Assembly (NCBI GenBank): GCA_044229845.1
Contig: JBGASG010000008.1
Span: forward strand, 128,001-192,000
Reading direction: 5' to 3'
Length of the DNA stretch: 64,000 nucleotides
From: Candidatus Obscuribacteraceae bacterium
Lineage (GTDB): Bacteria > Cyanobacteriota > Vampirovibrionia > Obscuribacterales > Obscuribacteraceae
Below are positions 1 through 9,607 of this stretch, piece after piece. Under the pieces are notes generated by a model. It saw only the letters and a program-made list of their open reading frames with translations. It was not told the origin of the DNA and made no database searches. Numbering within the stretch: position 1 is the first letter of the stretch; the number at the start of each line of letters is the position of its first letter. A program made the translations under genes and the position numbers.

Positions 1-2551
1 CGCGGGCGCCGGAAAGCGCCATGTGCAGCGTGCGCGGGATTGGTGTCGCCGACATGGTGATCACGTCGACCATGACGCGCAGTTGTTTCAGTTTCTCCTT
101 GTGACCGACACCGAAGCGGTGCTCTTCGTCGATCACCACCAGCCCCAGATCCTTGAAGAGGACGTCTTTCTGCAGCAGCCGGTGCGTTCCCACAACGACG
201 TCGCATTCGCCGGTAGCCATGCGCCTGGCGGTTTCTCGCTGTTCCTTAGCTGTGCGGAAACGCGACAGCAGACCGACTCGTATCGGATACGCGGCGAATC
301 TTTCCGCCATCGTATTGAAATGCTGCTGGGCAAGAATTGTAGTGGGCACCAGAATCACAGCCTGGCGACCCGACATAACAGTCTTGAAAATCGCGCGGAT
401 GGCAACTTCGGTTTTGCCGAATCCGACGTCGCCGCAGATCAGGCGATCCATCGGCTTCACAGCTTCCATGTCGGACTTCACGTCTTGAATGGCTTGCCAC
501 TGGTCGGGCGTTTCCTCATAGGGGAATGCCTCTTCCATTTCATACTGCCACGGCGTATCGGGGATGCTGGCGAAACCTTCTTGCTTAGCCCGCATCGCAT
601 ACAAATTAGTCAGGTCCTCGGCAATTTGCTTGACTGACTTCTTGACGCGTTTTTTGGTGCTCTCCCAATCGGCGCCGCCCAATCGCGAAAGGCGCGGTAC
701 GGTATCACCGGCGCCGCGATAACGCGACAACAGGTTGATCTGATCCACCGGCACATAGACCCGGTCTTCGCCCAGGTAATTGATGGTCAGATATTCACGC
801 GTCTGCCCGTCGTAGGCGATGCGCTGGTTACCGACGAACTGTCCGATACCATGCTTGATGTGCACGACATAATCGCCGACCTGCAGATCGGAGACGCTGG
901 TGAAGCGCTCGTAGTTCTTCTCCAGATTTGGCTTGCGATAGGTGGCGGGCTTGCGCTTCACACCGAAGAGTTCGGAATCAGTGACCGAAACCAGACGCAC
1001 ATCGTCCAGCCGGAAACCGCCCGTGAAACCCTGGCGAGTGATGCAAACTGCGTTGGAATTGGCCGAGGCGCCCAGCCCGTGTCCAGCCAGCGGGTTGTCT
1101 CCAGAACGGCTGACGCCCTCGCCGGGCGCCGCTGCGGCATCTTCCGCCGGGTCGCCGAGCACACCGCTGCCGGTGCGTCCTTCGGCGCCGGCGCTCAAAA
1201 ACGTGGCATCGCAATCCCATTCTTTGAGGAGACCGAGAACACGCTGCGCTTGCTCGGTAGAAACAACGACACGATAGCCGCCCGCCGTCCACTCTTTTAT
1301 GCGTGTGACGAACTGCTGCACATTGCTGTTGAAACGCTCGACGGAGGTGCACTCGAACCTGACGATACCCTGATTGGCACCAGACTCGGTGTCGTCGTAG
1401 CTGGATTCAACTCCGGGCATCTGCACAAGAAAGCCGCGCTGTTTCGCCTGCGACAACTCTGTGAATTCCGAAATGGTCAGGTGCAGTGGGCGCGGCAGGG
1501 GCAGCAGTCGTCCGTGGCTGGTGCCTTCGGTATACGCCTCCTCCATCTTTTGCTCGTAGCTCTTGAGCGCCATCGAGATCGTGTCCCATTCATCGAATAG
1601 AAGCAGCGCATCGTCAGGCATGTAATGCATGATGGTGGAGAACTGCTCGTGCACGTAAGGCGCGTAGTACTCGGTCGATTCCGGATACTGCGTGTTCTGC
1701 AGAGCGTGCTGGTCATTCTCCATCACGCAGCGCAAGGTTTCTCGCGCCTCATCGTCCAGGGCTGCCAGCGCTTTCTCAACTGCTTCAGCCAGGCGATCTT
1801 TGAATTCCTCCGGCTTATGCAAAACCACCCAGAAACGCGGCGGCACCGAGATCTCCGCAAGCTCTTCGACAGAGCGCTGTGTTTCAGTGGAGAAGGTGCG
1901 AATCGATTCGATTTCGTCACCAAACAACTCAATACGCACCGGCGGCCCGCAGGACGGGAAGATGTCGATGATATCGCCCCTGGTGCAGAACTCGCCACGC
2001 AGTGTGACCAGGTTTTCTTTGGTGTACCCCAGTTCAGCGACCTGGCGAGCCAGCTGGCGAATGTCGACCTGCTCACCCTTCTTGATGGTGAAGGTATTTT
2101 CCACCAGCGTCTGGCGATCGAGAACGCGCTGCACTAGGGCGCGCGCCGGCAATATGACGACATAGGGAGTCGTCGAACTTTGAGCGACGTGCTCGAGAAC
2201 CTCCATTTGCGCAGCGACCGTATCCGGGCTGTGCAGCACTTGCTCGTATGGCGACACTTCAGACGCCGGGTAAAGGAACACCGGAAACCGGCTGAGATTG
2301 CTGATTTCCTGAAAGTATCGCGATGCATGATTCTGGTCGGTGGCGACCAGGAAGAAGGGGCGCTTCACTTCGTGATGCAAAAGCGCCAGGATCAACGATT
2401 TGGCTGAATCAGACAGTCCGGTAATGTGCAGTTCACCGCGGGCGGCGCGCGCGGTGCGGGCTAACAGTTTGGCGTATTGAGAACACTCCAGGAACCGCGG
2501 ATGCAGCACCTGAGCCAGCATGTTATCTCGCATAGTCAACATCGATGTCAC
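1..2551 (-). CDS. mfd: Transcription-repair coupling factor Mfd (3' end outside window)
   Basis: Read by hand; absent from the ORF track because there is no stop in the window. GTG start at 2551 with AAGAGGA upstream. Translation includes VTDSELFG, DYVVHIKHGIG, GDVGFGKTEVA, VVDEEHRFG and ITMSATPIPRTLHMALSG, the Mfd RID and RecG-like helicase motifs. Confidence 0.96.
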   Translation of the reverse strand, partial: MTSMLTMRDNMLAQVLHPRFLECSQYAKLLARTARAARGELHITGLSDSAKSLILALLHHEVKRPFFLVATDQNHASRYFQEISNLSRFPVFLYPASEVSPYEQVLHSPDTVAAQMEVLEHVAQSSTTPYVVILPARALVQRVLDRQTLVENTFTIKKGEQVDIRQLARQVAELGYTKENLVTLRGEFCTRGDIIDIFPSCGPPVRIELFGDEIESIRTFSTETQRSVEELAEISVPPRFWVVLHKPEEFKDRLAEAVEKALAALDDEARETLRCVMENDQHALQNTQYPESTEYYAPYVHEQFSTIMHYMPDDALLLFDEWDTISMALKSYEQKMEEAYTEGTSHGRLLPLPRPLHLTISEFTELSQAKQRGFLVQMPGVESSYDDTESGANQGIVRFECTSVERFNSNVQQFVTRIKEWTAGGYRVVVSTEQAQRVLGLLKEWDCDATFLSAGAEGRTGSGVLGDPAEDAAAAPGEGVSRSGDNPLAGHGLGASANSNAVCITRQGFTGGFRLDDVRLVSVTDSELFGVKRKPATYRKPNLEKNYERFTSVSDLQVGDYVVHIKHGIGQFVGNQRIAYDGQTREYLTINYLGEDRVYVPVDQINLLSRYRGAGDTVPRLSRLGGADWESTKKRVKKSVKQIAEDLTNLYAMRAKQEGFASIPDTPWQYEMEEAFPYEETPDQWQAIQDVKSDMEAVKPMDRLICGDVGFGKTEVAIRAIFKTVMSGRQAVILVPTTILAQQHFNTMAERFAAYPIRVGLLSRFRTAKEQRETARRMATGECDVVVGTHRLLQKDVLFKDLGLVVIDEEHRFGVGHKEKLKQLRVMVDVITMSATPIPRTLHMALSGAR

Positions 2552-2836
2552 CAGTGGGTTTCCTCTTTGTGTGCCGACAGCAGGAGCCGCACGCCGCCAG
2601 TTGATGGCTGAAGAGCGTGTGGTTTAGATTGGCGAATAACGCGATATGCACGCCGAGTGCGCCTTCCCCGTCAAGCGAACTGGTAATTTTACCACATAGA
2701 AACGCCCGTTTGGCTGGTTGCCAAGAGCGTCATCCACCCGACTTCAGGCTGTCCGCAGCGCATTAACCCATAAATGCCCGATTGCCGTGGCGCCGGAAGC
2801 GATTTAGACTGAAATCTGTCAGGGAATGAAGGAAAT

Positions 2837-4312
2837 ATGGGAAATATCTTCCTCAATTTCGTAACTATCCTTTGCGGTCGCCGGTCGACGCGGGGCGTGG
2901 CAAAACCGGCGGTGTGCCTGATTGCGGGCATTGTCCTGGCTGCCGGCAGTCCGTCCCCAGTTGCGGCATTCGACATATTTGGCGGAGCCGAGGCTTTGCT
3001 GCGTGAAGGGCAAGACTTACTGGAGCAGGGAAAACTTTTAGAAGCCCGCCAGTTGCTGGAACAAGCAATTCAGAAAGACCCGCAAAATGCGGAAGCTTAC
3101 GCCACGCTGGGCACCTGCCTCGAACGTCAGGAAGCGCCGCGTCTGGCAGAACAAGCCTACAAACAAGCCATCAAGCTTGACCCGCAAAACAAGCCGGCGC
3201 TCAACAATCTCGCCACGCTCTACTGGGTGCGCATGAAGCGATATCCGGAATCGGTGGAACTGCTCAAGAAGGTGATCGAACTCGATCCGCAGAGCAAAGA
3301 AGCTTATGTCAGCCTGGGCGCTGCCTACAACTTCTGGGCAGCCAACGATAAGTCGCTGTCCGAACAGCAAAAGGCCGCCACCTATCAAGAAGCGATCAAA
3401 GCCTTTCAGGAAGCCATTCACATAGATCCTGACTTTGCAAAAGCGCACGCCAATCTCGGGCAATGTTATCTATTCATGGGACGAGCGGCTGATGCGGAGC
3501 GGGAGTTGCAGAAGGCACTCAATCTCGAACCGACCTACGCCTTCGCGCACTTCAATCTCGCTGAGTTGTACGAGGCGCAGGACAAGCTGCAGCAAGCCAT
3601 GCAGCATTACCGCGCTTCGTATGAAAACGAACAGTATGAGTCGAATCGACTGGCCACCATGCGCCATATCGAGCGCGTTGAGCTGAAGATGGGAACGGCC
3701 AAGCTGCTTTCCGTCGCCAACGTGAAGATGAGCCAGGGCAAGTGGGCTGAGGCGGCAGATGCGTTTGCCAACGCGATGAGCGACCCGCGCTCGACTGCAC
3801 CACGCAGTCCGGTCGCCTGGAACAATTACGGTTATGTGCTGGCGCGTCTGGGCAAGCACACTGAAGCTGTGCAGAAATTCGGCAAAGCGACGGCGATGAA
3901 ACCGCCTTTACCGGCTGCCTTCTACAATCTGGGGCATTCGCTATTGATGCTGGGCGACAAGGCTGGAGCGGAACGGGCTTTCAATGCCGCTGTGCGAGCC
4001 GGCGGTGGTCAGCACGCGCTGGCGCACAACTCGCTCGGCATACTGCTCAAGGACCGCGGCAAGTGCGCGGAGGCGTGCCATGAATACAAACTGGCAATCA
4101 TGCAATCGGGCGACGAATTGCACGTGACGCACTACAACTGGGGGCTCTGCTACGAGAAGATGGGCAAGCCGGATAAGGCTTTACATCATTATCGGGTCTA
4201 TTTGAATACCGCATCGCCCGCCTCCCCCAACCGACCACGAGTACAGGCGCGGGCTGACAAGCTGACCGCCCAGGGCGTTAAGCTGACCCCGTCTTCAGCG
4301 CAAGACGACTAG
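2837..4312 (+). CDS. Secreted/periplasmic TPR-repeat protein
   Basis: Hydrophobic N-terminal signal-like stretch ending in AAF, followed by many TPR units (AYATLG..., ALNNLA..., AHANLG..., AWNNYG...). Confidence 0.85.
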   Translation: MGNIFLNFVTILCGRRSTRGVAKPAVCLIAGIVLAAGSPSPVAAFDIFGGAEALLREGQDLLEQGKLLEARQLLEQAIQKDPQNAEAYATLGTCLERQEAPRLAEQAYKQAIKLDPQNKPALNNLATLYWVRMKRYPESVELLKKVIELDPQSKEAYVSLGAAYNFWAANDKSLSEQQKAATYQEAIKAFQEAIHIDPDFAKAHANLGQCYLFMGRAADAERELQKALNLEPTYAFAHFNLAELYEAQDKLQQAMQHYRASYENEQYESNRLATMRHIERVELKMGTAKLLSVANVKMSQGKWAEAADAFANAMSDPRSTAPRSPVAWNNYGYVLARLGKHTEAVQKFGKATAMKPPLPAAFYNLGHSLLMLGDKAGAERAFNAAVRAGGGQHALAHNSLGILLKDRGKCAEACHEYKLAIMQSGDELHVTHYNWGLCYEKMGKPDKALHHYRVYLNTASPASPNRPRVQARADKLTAQGVKLTPSSAQDD

Positions 4313-4368
4313 CGCGCCTGGCAGTGCAGCGAGCGCTCTCCACCGGCGACCGCTCGTTCCCCCATATC

Positions 4369-4501
4369 TGTCAAGTTTTGCCCCCGCCGAGTTGACAAAA
4401 CAGCGTTCGCAACACCAATTTGTCAACTTTTTCGACTTCCGGGTTGACAAAAAGCCGGTCGCAGCCCGGATCTGTCAACTTTTTTGATTTAGAAGTTGAC
4501 A
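4369..4501. repeat. Three 52-bp tandem units, each holding the inverted pair TGTCAA-N17-TTGACA
   Basis: TGTCAA at 4369, 4421, 4473 and TTGACA at 4392, 4444, 4496, giving an exact 52-bp period. Confidence 0.9.
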
Positions 4502-4672
4502 AACCATCGGGCTCCAATATGGTTATTGCGCGCGATTCCGCGAGAAACACTGTAACGGACACAATGACAAGTGTTTGGCTTTTGTAGTAGATTGAATATC
4601 TGCGCGGCGTATTTCGACTTCGACCAGATCGAAGTGCAATCTTCGATTTCAAGGAAAACAGGAAGCACCACC

Positions 4673-5821
4673 GTGACCACGCACGAAACAGATAGAACAC
4701 AAGAACTGGAAGCAGTGCTGGAATGCTCACTGGCCGCCCGCAAAAACGCGGGTCCGGTGACGAAGAGTGCCACACGCGTTGCAGTTTGCATGAGTGGTGG
4801 CGTTGACAGCAGCGTGACGGCATTGCTATTGCAAAAAGCAGGTTATGACGTCGTGGGAGTGACGGGCTGGCTGATCAAGTCGGGCTCGCGTTGCTGCGAT
4901 ACGGGCATGATCGATGCAGCCCGGGTTTGCGAACAACTGGGTGTCGAGCACCACGCCGTCGATCTGCGCGAAATGTTCAAGTCCAACATCATTGATAACT
5001 TCCATCAATCCTACGCGCAAGCGCGTACACCTCTGCCTTGCAGCATGTGCAACACGCTGGTGAAGTGGGGCGCGCTTCTGCAATTCGGCAAGAAAGTGTT
5101 GGGAGCCAGCTATGTGGCCACCGGTCACTACGGGCGCGTAGAACGCCGCGATGACGGCACAGTCAGACTGGCTCGCTCACGCGATCTCAAAAAGGATCAA
5201 TCATACGTACTCTGGGGCATCACCCGCGAACAACTGGCGGAAACACTGCTTCCTCTGGGCGACTACACGAAGGAAGAAATTCGCGCCATCGCTGAAGAGG
5301 CAGGACTTGTGGTGGCAAATCGTCCGGACAGCCAGGACCTCTGCTTCATTCCACAAGGCACAACCACACAACAATATCTGGCCGTCTTCCTGCCCGAAAA
5401 GCCCGGTCCCATCGTGCACACGATCACGGGCGACGTATTGGGTGGACATACGGGTACTCACAATTTCACGATCGGGCAACGGCGCGGAATCGGCATCGCC
5501 AATCCGGAGCCGCTCTACGTCACATCTATAGATCCGGATATGAACACTGTATATGTCGGACCCAAAGAAGCGCTTTTGCGCTGCGAGCTGACCGCCTCCG
5601 AGATTAACTGGCTGACGCCGGATGTACCCACACAACCGTTTCGCGCGCTGGCAAAAATCCGCTACAACAGTCCTACGGAGAAAGCTCTGATTACGCCGCT
5701 TGCCGACGGACGCGTGCAAGTCGTTTTTGACAATCCACAACCGGCGATAACTCCAGGACAGGTACTTGGAATTTACGATGACACCGACACCTATATATTG
5801 GGTGGAGGTTGGATAGACTGA
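4673..5821 (+). CDS. mnmA: tRNA 2-thiouridine(34) synthase MnmA
   Basis: Motifs SGGVDS (PP-loop), PLPCSMC, ATGHY, KDQSY, DSQDLCF, TIGQRRG and AITPGQ. GTG start chosen from an AGGAAG RBS; the start is uncertain. Confidence 0.95.
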   Translation: MTTHETDRTQELEAVLECSLAARKNAGPVTKSATRVAVCMSGGVDSSVTALLLQKAGYDVVGVTGWLIKSGSRCCDTGMIDAARVCEQLGVEHHAVDLREMFKSNIIDNFHQSYAQARTPLPCSMCNTLVKWGALLQFGKKVLGASYVATGHYGRVERRDDGTVRLARSRDLKKDQSYVLWGITREQLAETLLPLGDYTKEEIRAIAEEAGLVVANRPDSQDLCFIPQGTTTQQYLAVFLPEKPGPIVHTITGDVLGGHTGTHNFTIGQRRGIGIANPEPLYVTSIDPDMNTVYVGPKEALLRCELTASEINWLTPDVPTQPFRALAKIRYNSPTEKALITPLADGRVQVVFDNPQPAITPGQVLGIYDDTDTYILGGGWID

Positions 5822-5902
5822 TTCCAAGGCGATCCAGACAGGTTTTGCCCGATCGTTTATAATCAAGCCTGAGTAATTTCCATCAGCGTTGAGCGAGTTT
5901 TG

Positions 5903-6985
5903 ATGGGCAAGTTTCGCATTCAGGCGATTCGATCGACAGCCGCGGTGGCGGCAGCGTTTCTTGCCACCATGCTCACGCCCTTTATGCCTGATTTTTCGGC
6001 GTTCGACAACTGTGGCGACGGCATAACCATTAATGCCAACGCAGCGGCGCAAGCCCGTCGCGGGCGGTCATCCGCCAGTTCATCGCGTCGGCGCGCCCCA
6101 GCGAGCAGGCGCGGCGGCACGTCGTCCCGCGGCAGACGCGGCGCGCGCAGCACCGGGCACCATGGGCGGTATCGCCATGCCGTGCACGCGGCTCCAAAAC
6201 CGCGTTATGCGTACCCGCTGGATTTCTTCTCCTACAAAACCTCCGACTACGATCACAGCCCACTCGATGCCGACACGGCGGCGAAGGTGCGCGAAGCGTT
6301 TCGTATCGGCACGGCCGATGTCTACCCGCCTAACTTCCTGGTGCGGTCCGGTACAGTCTTCCATTACCCGCTGCGTGGTGGCATCTTCAAACGGCGCGAT
6401 ACCGTTAAATACATCGTGGTCCACTCGACAGAAACCGGTGTGCCTCAAGATGCGAAACACGTCATCGATGCCTGGTCGTCCGGCGGTCGCCGACATCCCG
6501 GCACCCAATACATTATCGATCGTGACGGCACCATCTATCAACCTGTGCACCCGGATTGGGGCACCGTGCACGTCAACATCTTCAAGACCCTGCCGGGCAT
6601 CAACAACGACAACACCATCGGTATTGAAATGTGCCACTGGGGACACATCACTTACCCGTCCGAACAACGCCAGGCGTGCAAAATGCTGGTCGCTTACCTG
6701 CAAGATCGGTATCACGTTCTGGACGAGAACGTGATCACGCACCGTTATGCGCAACAGGGAGATCACACAGACCCGGTTGCTTTCGACTGGGAAGGTTTCC
6801 TGGCTCAAAAAAATCAGTTCAGACTGGCGGCCCAGCCGCTCAAGCGCCCGGCGGCAGGAGAAGAGCTCCCCGATTTCGACTTCCCGACCGCATCCGTATA
6901 TATGGAAATACACGGACCGCTGAAAGACATCCCGGCCAGCGACACCCAGCAGAGCAGTGCCGCGCCCCTTCCTGGCGGTCTTTGA
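5903..6985 (+). CDS. N-acetylmuramoyl-L-alanine amidase (Amidase_2-like), secreted, with an Arg/Ser-rich linker
   Basis: IVVHST, YIIDRDG, IGIEMC, THRY and HTDP motifs typical of Zn-dependent type 2 amidases; N-terminal signal-like segment. Confidence 0.8.
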   Translation: MGKFRIQAIRSTAAVAAAFLATMLTPFMPDFSAFDNCGDGITINANAAAQARRGRSSASSSRRRAPASRRGGTSSRGRRGARSTGHHGRYRHAVHAAPKPRYAYPLDFFSYKTSDYDHSPLDADTAAKVREAFRIGTADVYPPNFLVRSGTVFHYPLRGGIFKRRDTVKYIVVHSTETGVPQDAKHVIDAWSSGGRRHPGTQYIIDRDGTIYQPVHPDWGTVHVNIFKTLPGINNDNTIGIEMCHWGHITYPSEQRQACKMLVAYLQDRYHVLDENVITHRYAQQGDHTDPVAFDWEGFLAQKNQFRLAAQPLKRPAAGEELPDFDFPTASVYMEIHGPLKDIPASDTQQSSAAPLPGGL

Positions 6986-7117
6986 ACTGCTGAGTTCAAA
7001 AAATCTGGGAATTTTTTGACATTTAATGCAAAACCTTTGAACTTTTTGAGGGGGTCGAGCGTTTTAGATCCTGTGGTCACCGGCAGAGACCGGTGAAGGA
7101 AACAAGGAGCGAACGCA

Positions 7118-7798
7118 ATGAAAACCCCCATATTCGTAGCAGTGGCAGCGGTTCTGGGTCTGGCAATGGCCCCCGTGATGGCGCAGGAGTCTCGACTTTC
7201 TCCAGCAATCGCCAGCGATTCGTCACCAGATTTGATCGCACAGCTTTCGACAACCGCTTCAGTGCCGGATAAGAAGAAGTTCGAGCTGTCGACGGAACAG
7301 TTGGAAAAATTGCATGCATTGAAAAACCAGTACAGCACCGCCAACAGCGCCAAGAAAGCTGAACTGAAGACTTTGAAAGGGCAACTGCGCGATGTGCTGA
7401 CGGCGGTTTCCGTCGACAAATCGCAAGCCTTGTCTCTGCAGGGCAAAATCAACGCCATCAAAGCCGATCTGGCTAACAGCCGCGTCAGCTTCATGGCTGA
7501 TGCCAGCACCGTGTTCACCACCGAGCAACGCCAGCAAATGCATCGTCGCGCTCTCATGCGTGGCATGGGCGGACATAGACACCACGGTGGTGGTGGCGGA
7601 TGCGGTGGCGGCTTCCGTGGTGGCAAAGGTCATCATGGCGGCGGACACGGCGGCTTCCATGGCAAACGCGGTTTCGGCGGTCCTGCTGGACCCGGCGTCC
7701 CCGGCGTCCCCGGCGGACCGGCAGGCTCAGCCAGCATCGATGGACCGGACAGCACCGCCAACACCATGCCGGAAGTCCCTGCTGACGACAACTCATAG
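7118..7798 (+). CDS. Spy/CpxP/ZraP-like periplasmic protein with Gly/His-rich tail
   Basis: Signal peptide ending in VMA; two LTxxQ-like motifs (LSTEQ, FTTEQ) flanking helices; AAGGAG RBS. Confidence 0.75.
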   Translation: MKTPIFVAVAAVLGLAMAPVMAQESRLSPAIASDSSPDLIAQLSTTASVPDKKKFELSTEQLEKLHALKNQYSTANSAKKAELKTLKGQLRDVLTAVSVDKSQALSLQGKINAIKADLANSRVSFMADASTVFTTEQRQQMHRRALMRGMGGHRHHGGGGGCGGGFRGGKGHHGGGHGGFHGKRGFGGPAGPGVPGVPGGPAGSASIDGPDSTANTMPEVPADDNS

Positions 7799-7847
7799 TT
7801 CATTCAAGTTGACGGGATAAGCACCGACGCGGTGCTGCTATGTGGAC

Positions 7848-7882
7848 CGAGGGCGGAACACTTTGTGTTCCGCTTTCGATTT
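7848..7882 (+). terminator. Probable intrinsic terminator after the Spy-like gene
   Basis: CGAGGGCGGAACAC-TTT-GTGTTCCGCTTTCG hairpin with a weak T tail. Confidence 0.55.
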
Positions 7883-8176
7883 GCTGTCCAATTCAATCCG
7901 CCGGCGGATATATATATCACTCGGCGGTTCCCACCACATCACCCGGTCGCGGGAGAGTATTGCTTTGACAGAAATCGGCAAACATCAAGCCCAGGATTAC
8001 GTGCCTCAATTGCAGGAATTTTTCAAAGCCTAGAACAATATACTCAACACGCCACCACCGGCGGAGCTGGTGCAATAAAAAGGCGCTGAATGAAAGAAAC
8101 GCGACACGTCTCCGCGTCGCGCTTCAATTCTTAGCTGTTCACTTTGGTGCTTAGCACCGATCCCGACAGTCCGCTT

Positions 8177-8878
8177 TTAGAAGAAACGGTTGCCGCCACG
8201 TGCAGCAATCGCATTGTTCAAGCGCTGATCCAGATTTTTCAGACGACGCACCAGTCCATTGCCGCGACCGTAGTTGCCGTTCATGGCACGCTGGTTCATA
8301 CGGCTGATGATGTCGTTGTATTCGTTACGCATCGCCACAGCCTCGCCGGGCGAGATGACACCACGCTGGCGAGCGCGTTCGATACGCATGCTCAAGCCGT
8401 TTCTCCAGTTGGTTAGCTGACTGTAGTTGTTGAAGCTATAGTCGAAGTTCGGATGGTAGCCAAGACGGCTGTTGCCGTTATAGTTGCTTCCGTAAGGACC
8501 GCCGTAGTTGCCGCCCCAATAGCCGTTGCCGGCGACGTTGGTGGCACTGTTGTTGACCGCGGAAGATATGTGTGCGTTCAAATTATTGAATGAATTCAAC
8601 AACGAACTGACTTCGTTTTGCGAATATCCACCAGCGGCATATAAATTCCGCATGGACATGATATCGTTGAGTTCACCGCGCAGCTGAGCTGCTTCCGCCG
8701 GGGTGATGTGCCCCGAATTGATGCCGGTAGAAATCTGATTCTCGTAGTTCGCAAATCCCGTCTCCATGTTGTTATCAATCATGGCTTGGTTGGGATCATA
8801 AGCATTCGCCGGCTGGAGATTGATTCCCAGCGCCACCATGGCGACCAGACCGACGGAAGCAAGTTTATCAATACGCAT
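8177..8878 (-). CDS. Secreted Asn/Gly-rich hypothetical protein with two GxIxPxEAxxxRxExNDI modules
   Basis: ATG at 8878 preceded by GGAGG; signal peptide ending in PANA; internal duplication GHITPAEAAQLRGELNDI / GVISPGEAVAMRNEYNDI. Confidence 0.75.
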   Translation of the reverse strand: MRIDKLASVGLVAMVALGINLQPANAYDPNQAMIDNNMETGFANYENQISTGINSGHITPAEAAQLRGELNDIMSMRNLYAAGGYSQNEVSSLLNSFNNLNAHISSAVNNSATNVAGNGYWGGNYGGPYGSNYNGNSRLGYHPNFDYSFNNYSQLTNWRNGLSMRIERARQRGVISPGEAVAMRNEYNDIISRMNQRAMNGNYGRGNGLVRRLKNLDQRLNNAIAARGGNRFF

Positions 8879-8946
8879 AATAGCCTCCAGTTCCTTATAT
8901 AGAAGGGCAATTCTTGCTCGCAGAGCTTTGCCGCTTACCGGACTTC

Positions 8947-8971
8947 GACGAAGTACGTCGGCAACAGTTCC
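8947..8971 (-). promoter_or_regulatory. Putative ECF-sigma promoter GGAAC-N16-CGTC
   Basis: Exact motif about 70 nt upstream of the ATG at 8878, in the same orientation. Confidence 0.55.
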
Positions 8972-9028
8972 GATTAAACCTGCCGGCTGGATGGGAACAT
9001 GCATGCGCCTGCGGGAACAGGACGATTT

Positions 9029-9607
9029 CTAAATCAGCGGGAAATTCTCTAAGGCTTCGTAGGCACCGCCCGTTCCCAGATGACTCTCAATCAAAGAAAT
9101 CATCTGTATATCTAAAGAAACGGGCAGGCTATCGGCGAGCGGAAAGAATTCCGGCAGCTCCAGCCGCTGCTTGCCGCCTACGCCATCGAAGCGCATGAGC
9201 GTTATGTGTGGACGGTATCGTTTGTCTTCGTGCTCCGCCCATTTGCGGCAGCGACTCTTGAGCGCGGTCGCCAGCTGCATAACCGGCTGGGGGACAGTCT
9301 CAGGTTGCAGCACCAGCATGCGCGCGCCGCGAGCTCTGGGCCAAAACGTCGGGGTAGCAAATTGCATTTGCATCGGTCCGTGATGGCGCGCTTCCTCAGC
9401 GCAGATGGTGCGGATTTCTTCAATCTCCGCCGACGACACCGACCCGATAAAAAACCAGGTCAGATGTAATTTTTCAGGGCGGACAAACCGCAACTTGCAT
9501 TGCCACTGCTCAGTCAATTGCGCTTCGCATTCGCGCAGTCGCCCCAGACGCTCCTGATCCGGCGCGGCAAGAAACGTGCCGATGAAGACGCGCCGCCGGT
9601 CGGTCAC
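9029..9607 (-). CDS. thpR: RNA 2',3'-cyclic phosphodiesterase (2H family)
   Basis: N-terminal RVFIG and two HxT motifs (LHLTW, PHITL). GTG start overlaps the upstream TAG. Confidence 0.88.
   Translation of the reverse strand: MTDRRRVFIGTFLAAPDQERLGRLRECEAQLTEQWQCKLRFVRPEKLHLTWFFIGSVSSAEIEEIRTICAEEARHHGPMQMQFATPTFWPRARGARMLVLQPETVPQPVMQLATALKSRCRKWAEHEDKRYRPHITLMRFDGVGGKQRLELPEFFPLADSLPVSLDIQMISLIESHLGTGGAYEALENFPLI

Noticed and set aside
23..2407. Several long plus-strand ORFs (23..637, 851..1600, 1625..2137)
   Set aside because: Antisense shadows of mfd, which occupies the minus strand with clear motifs.
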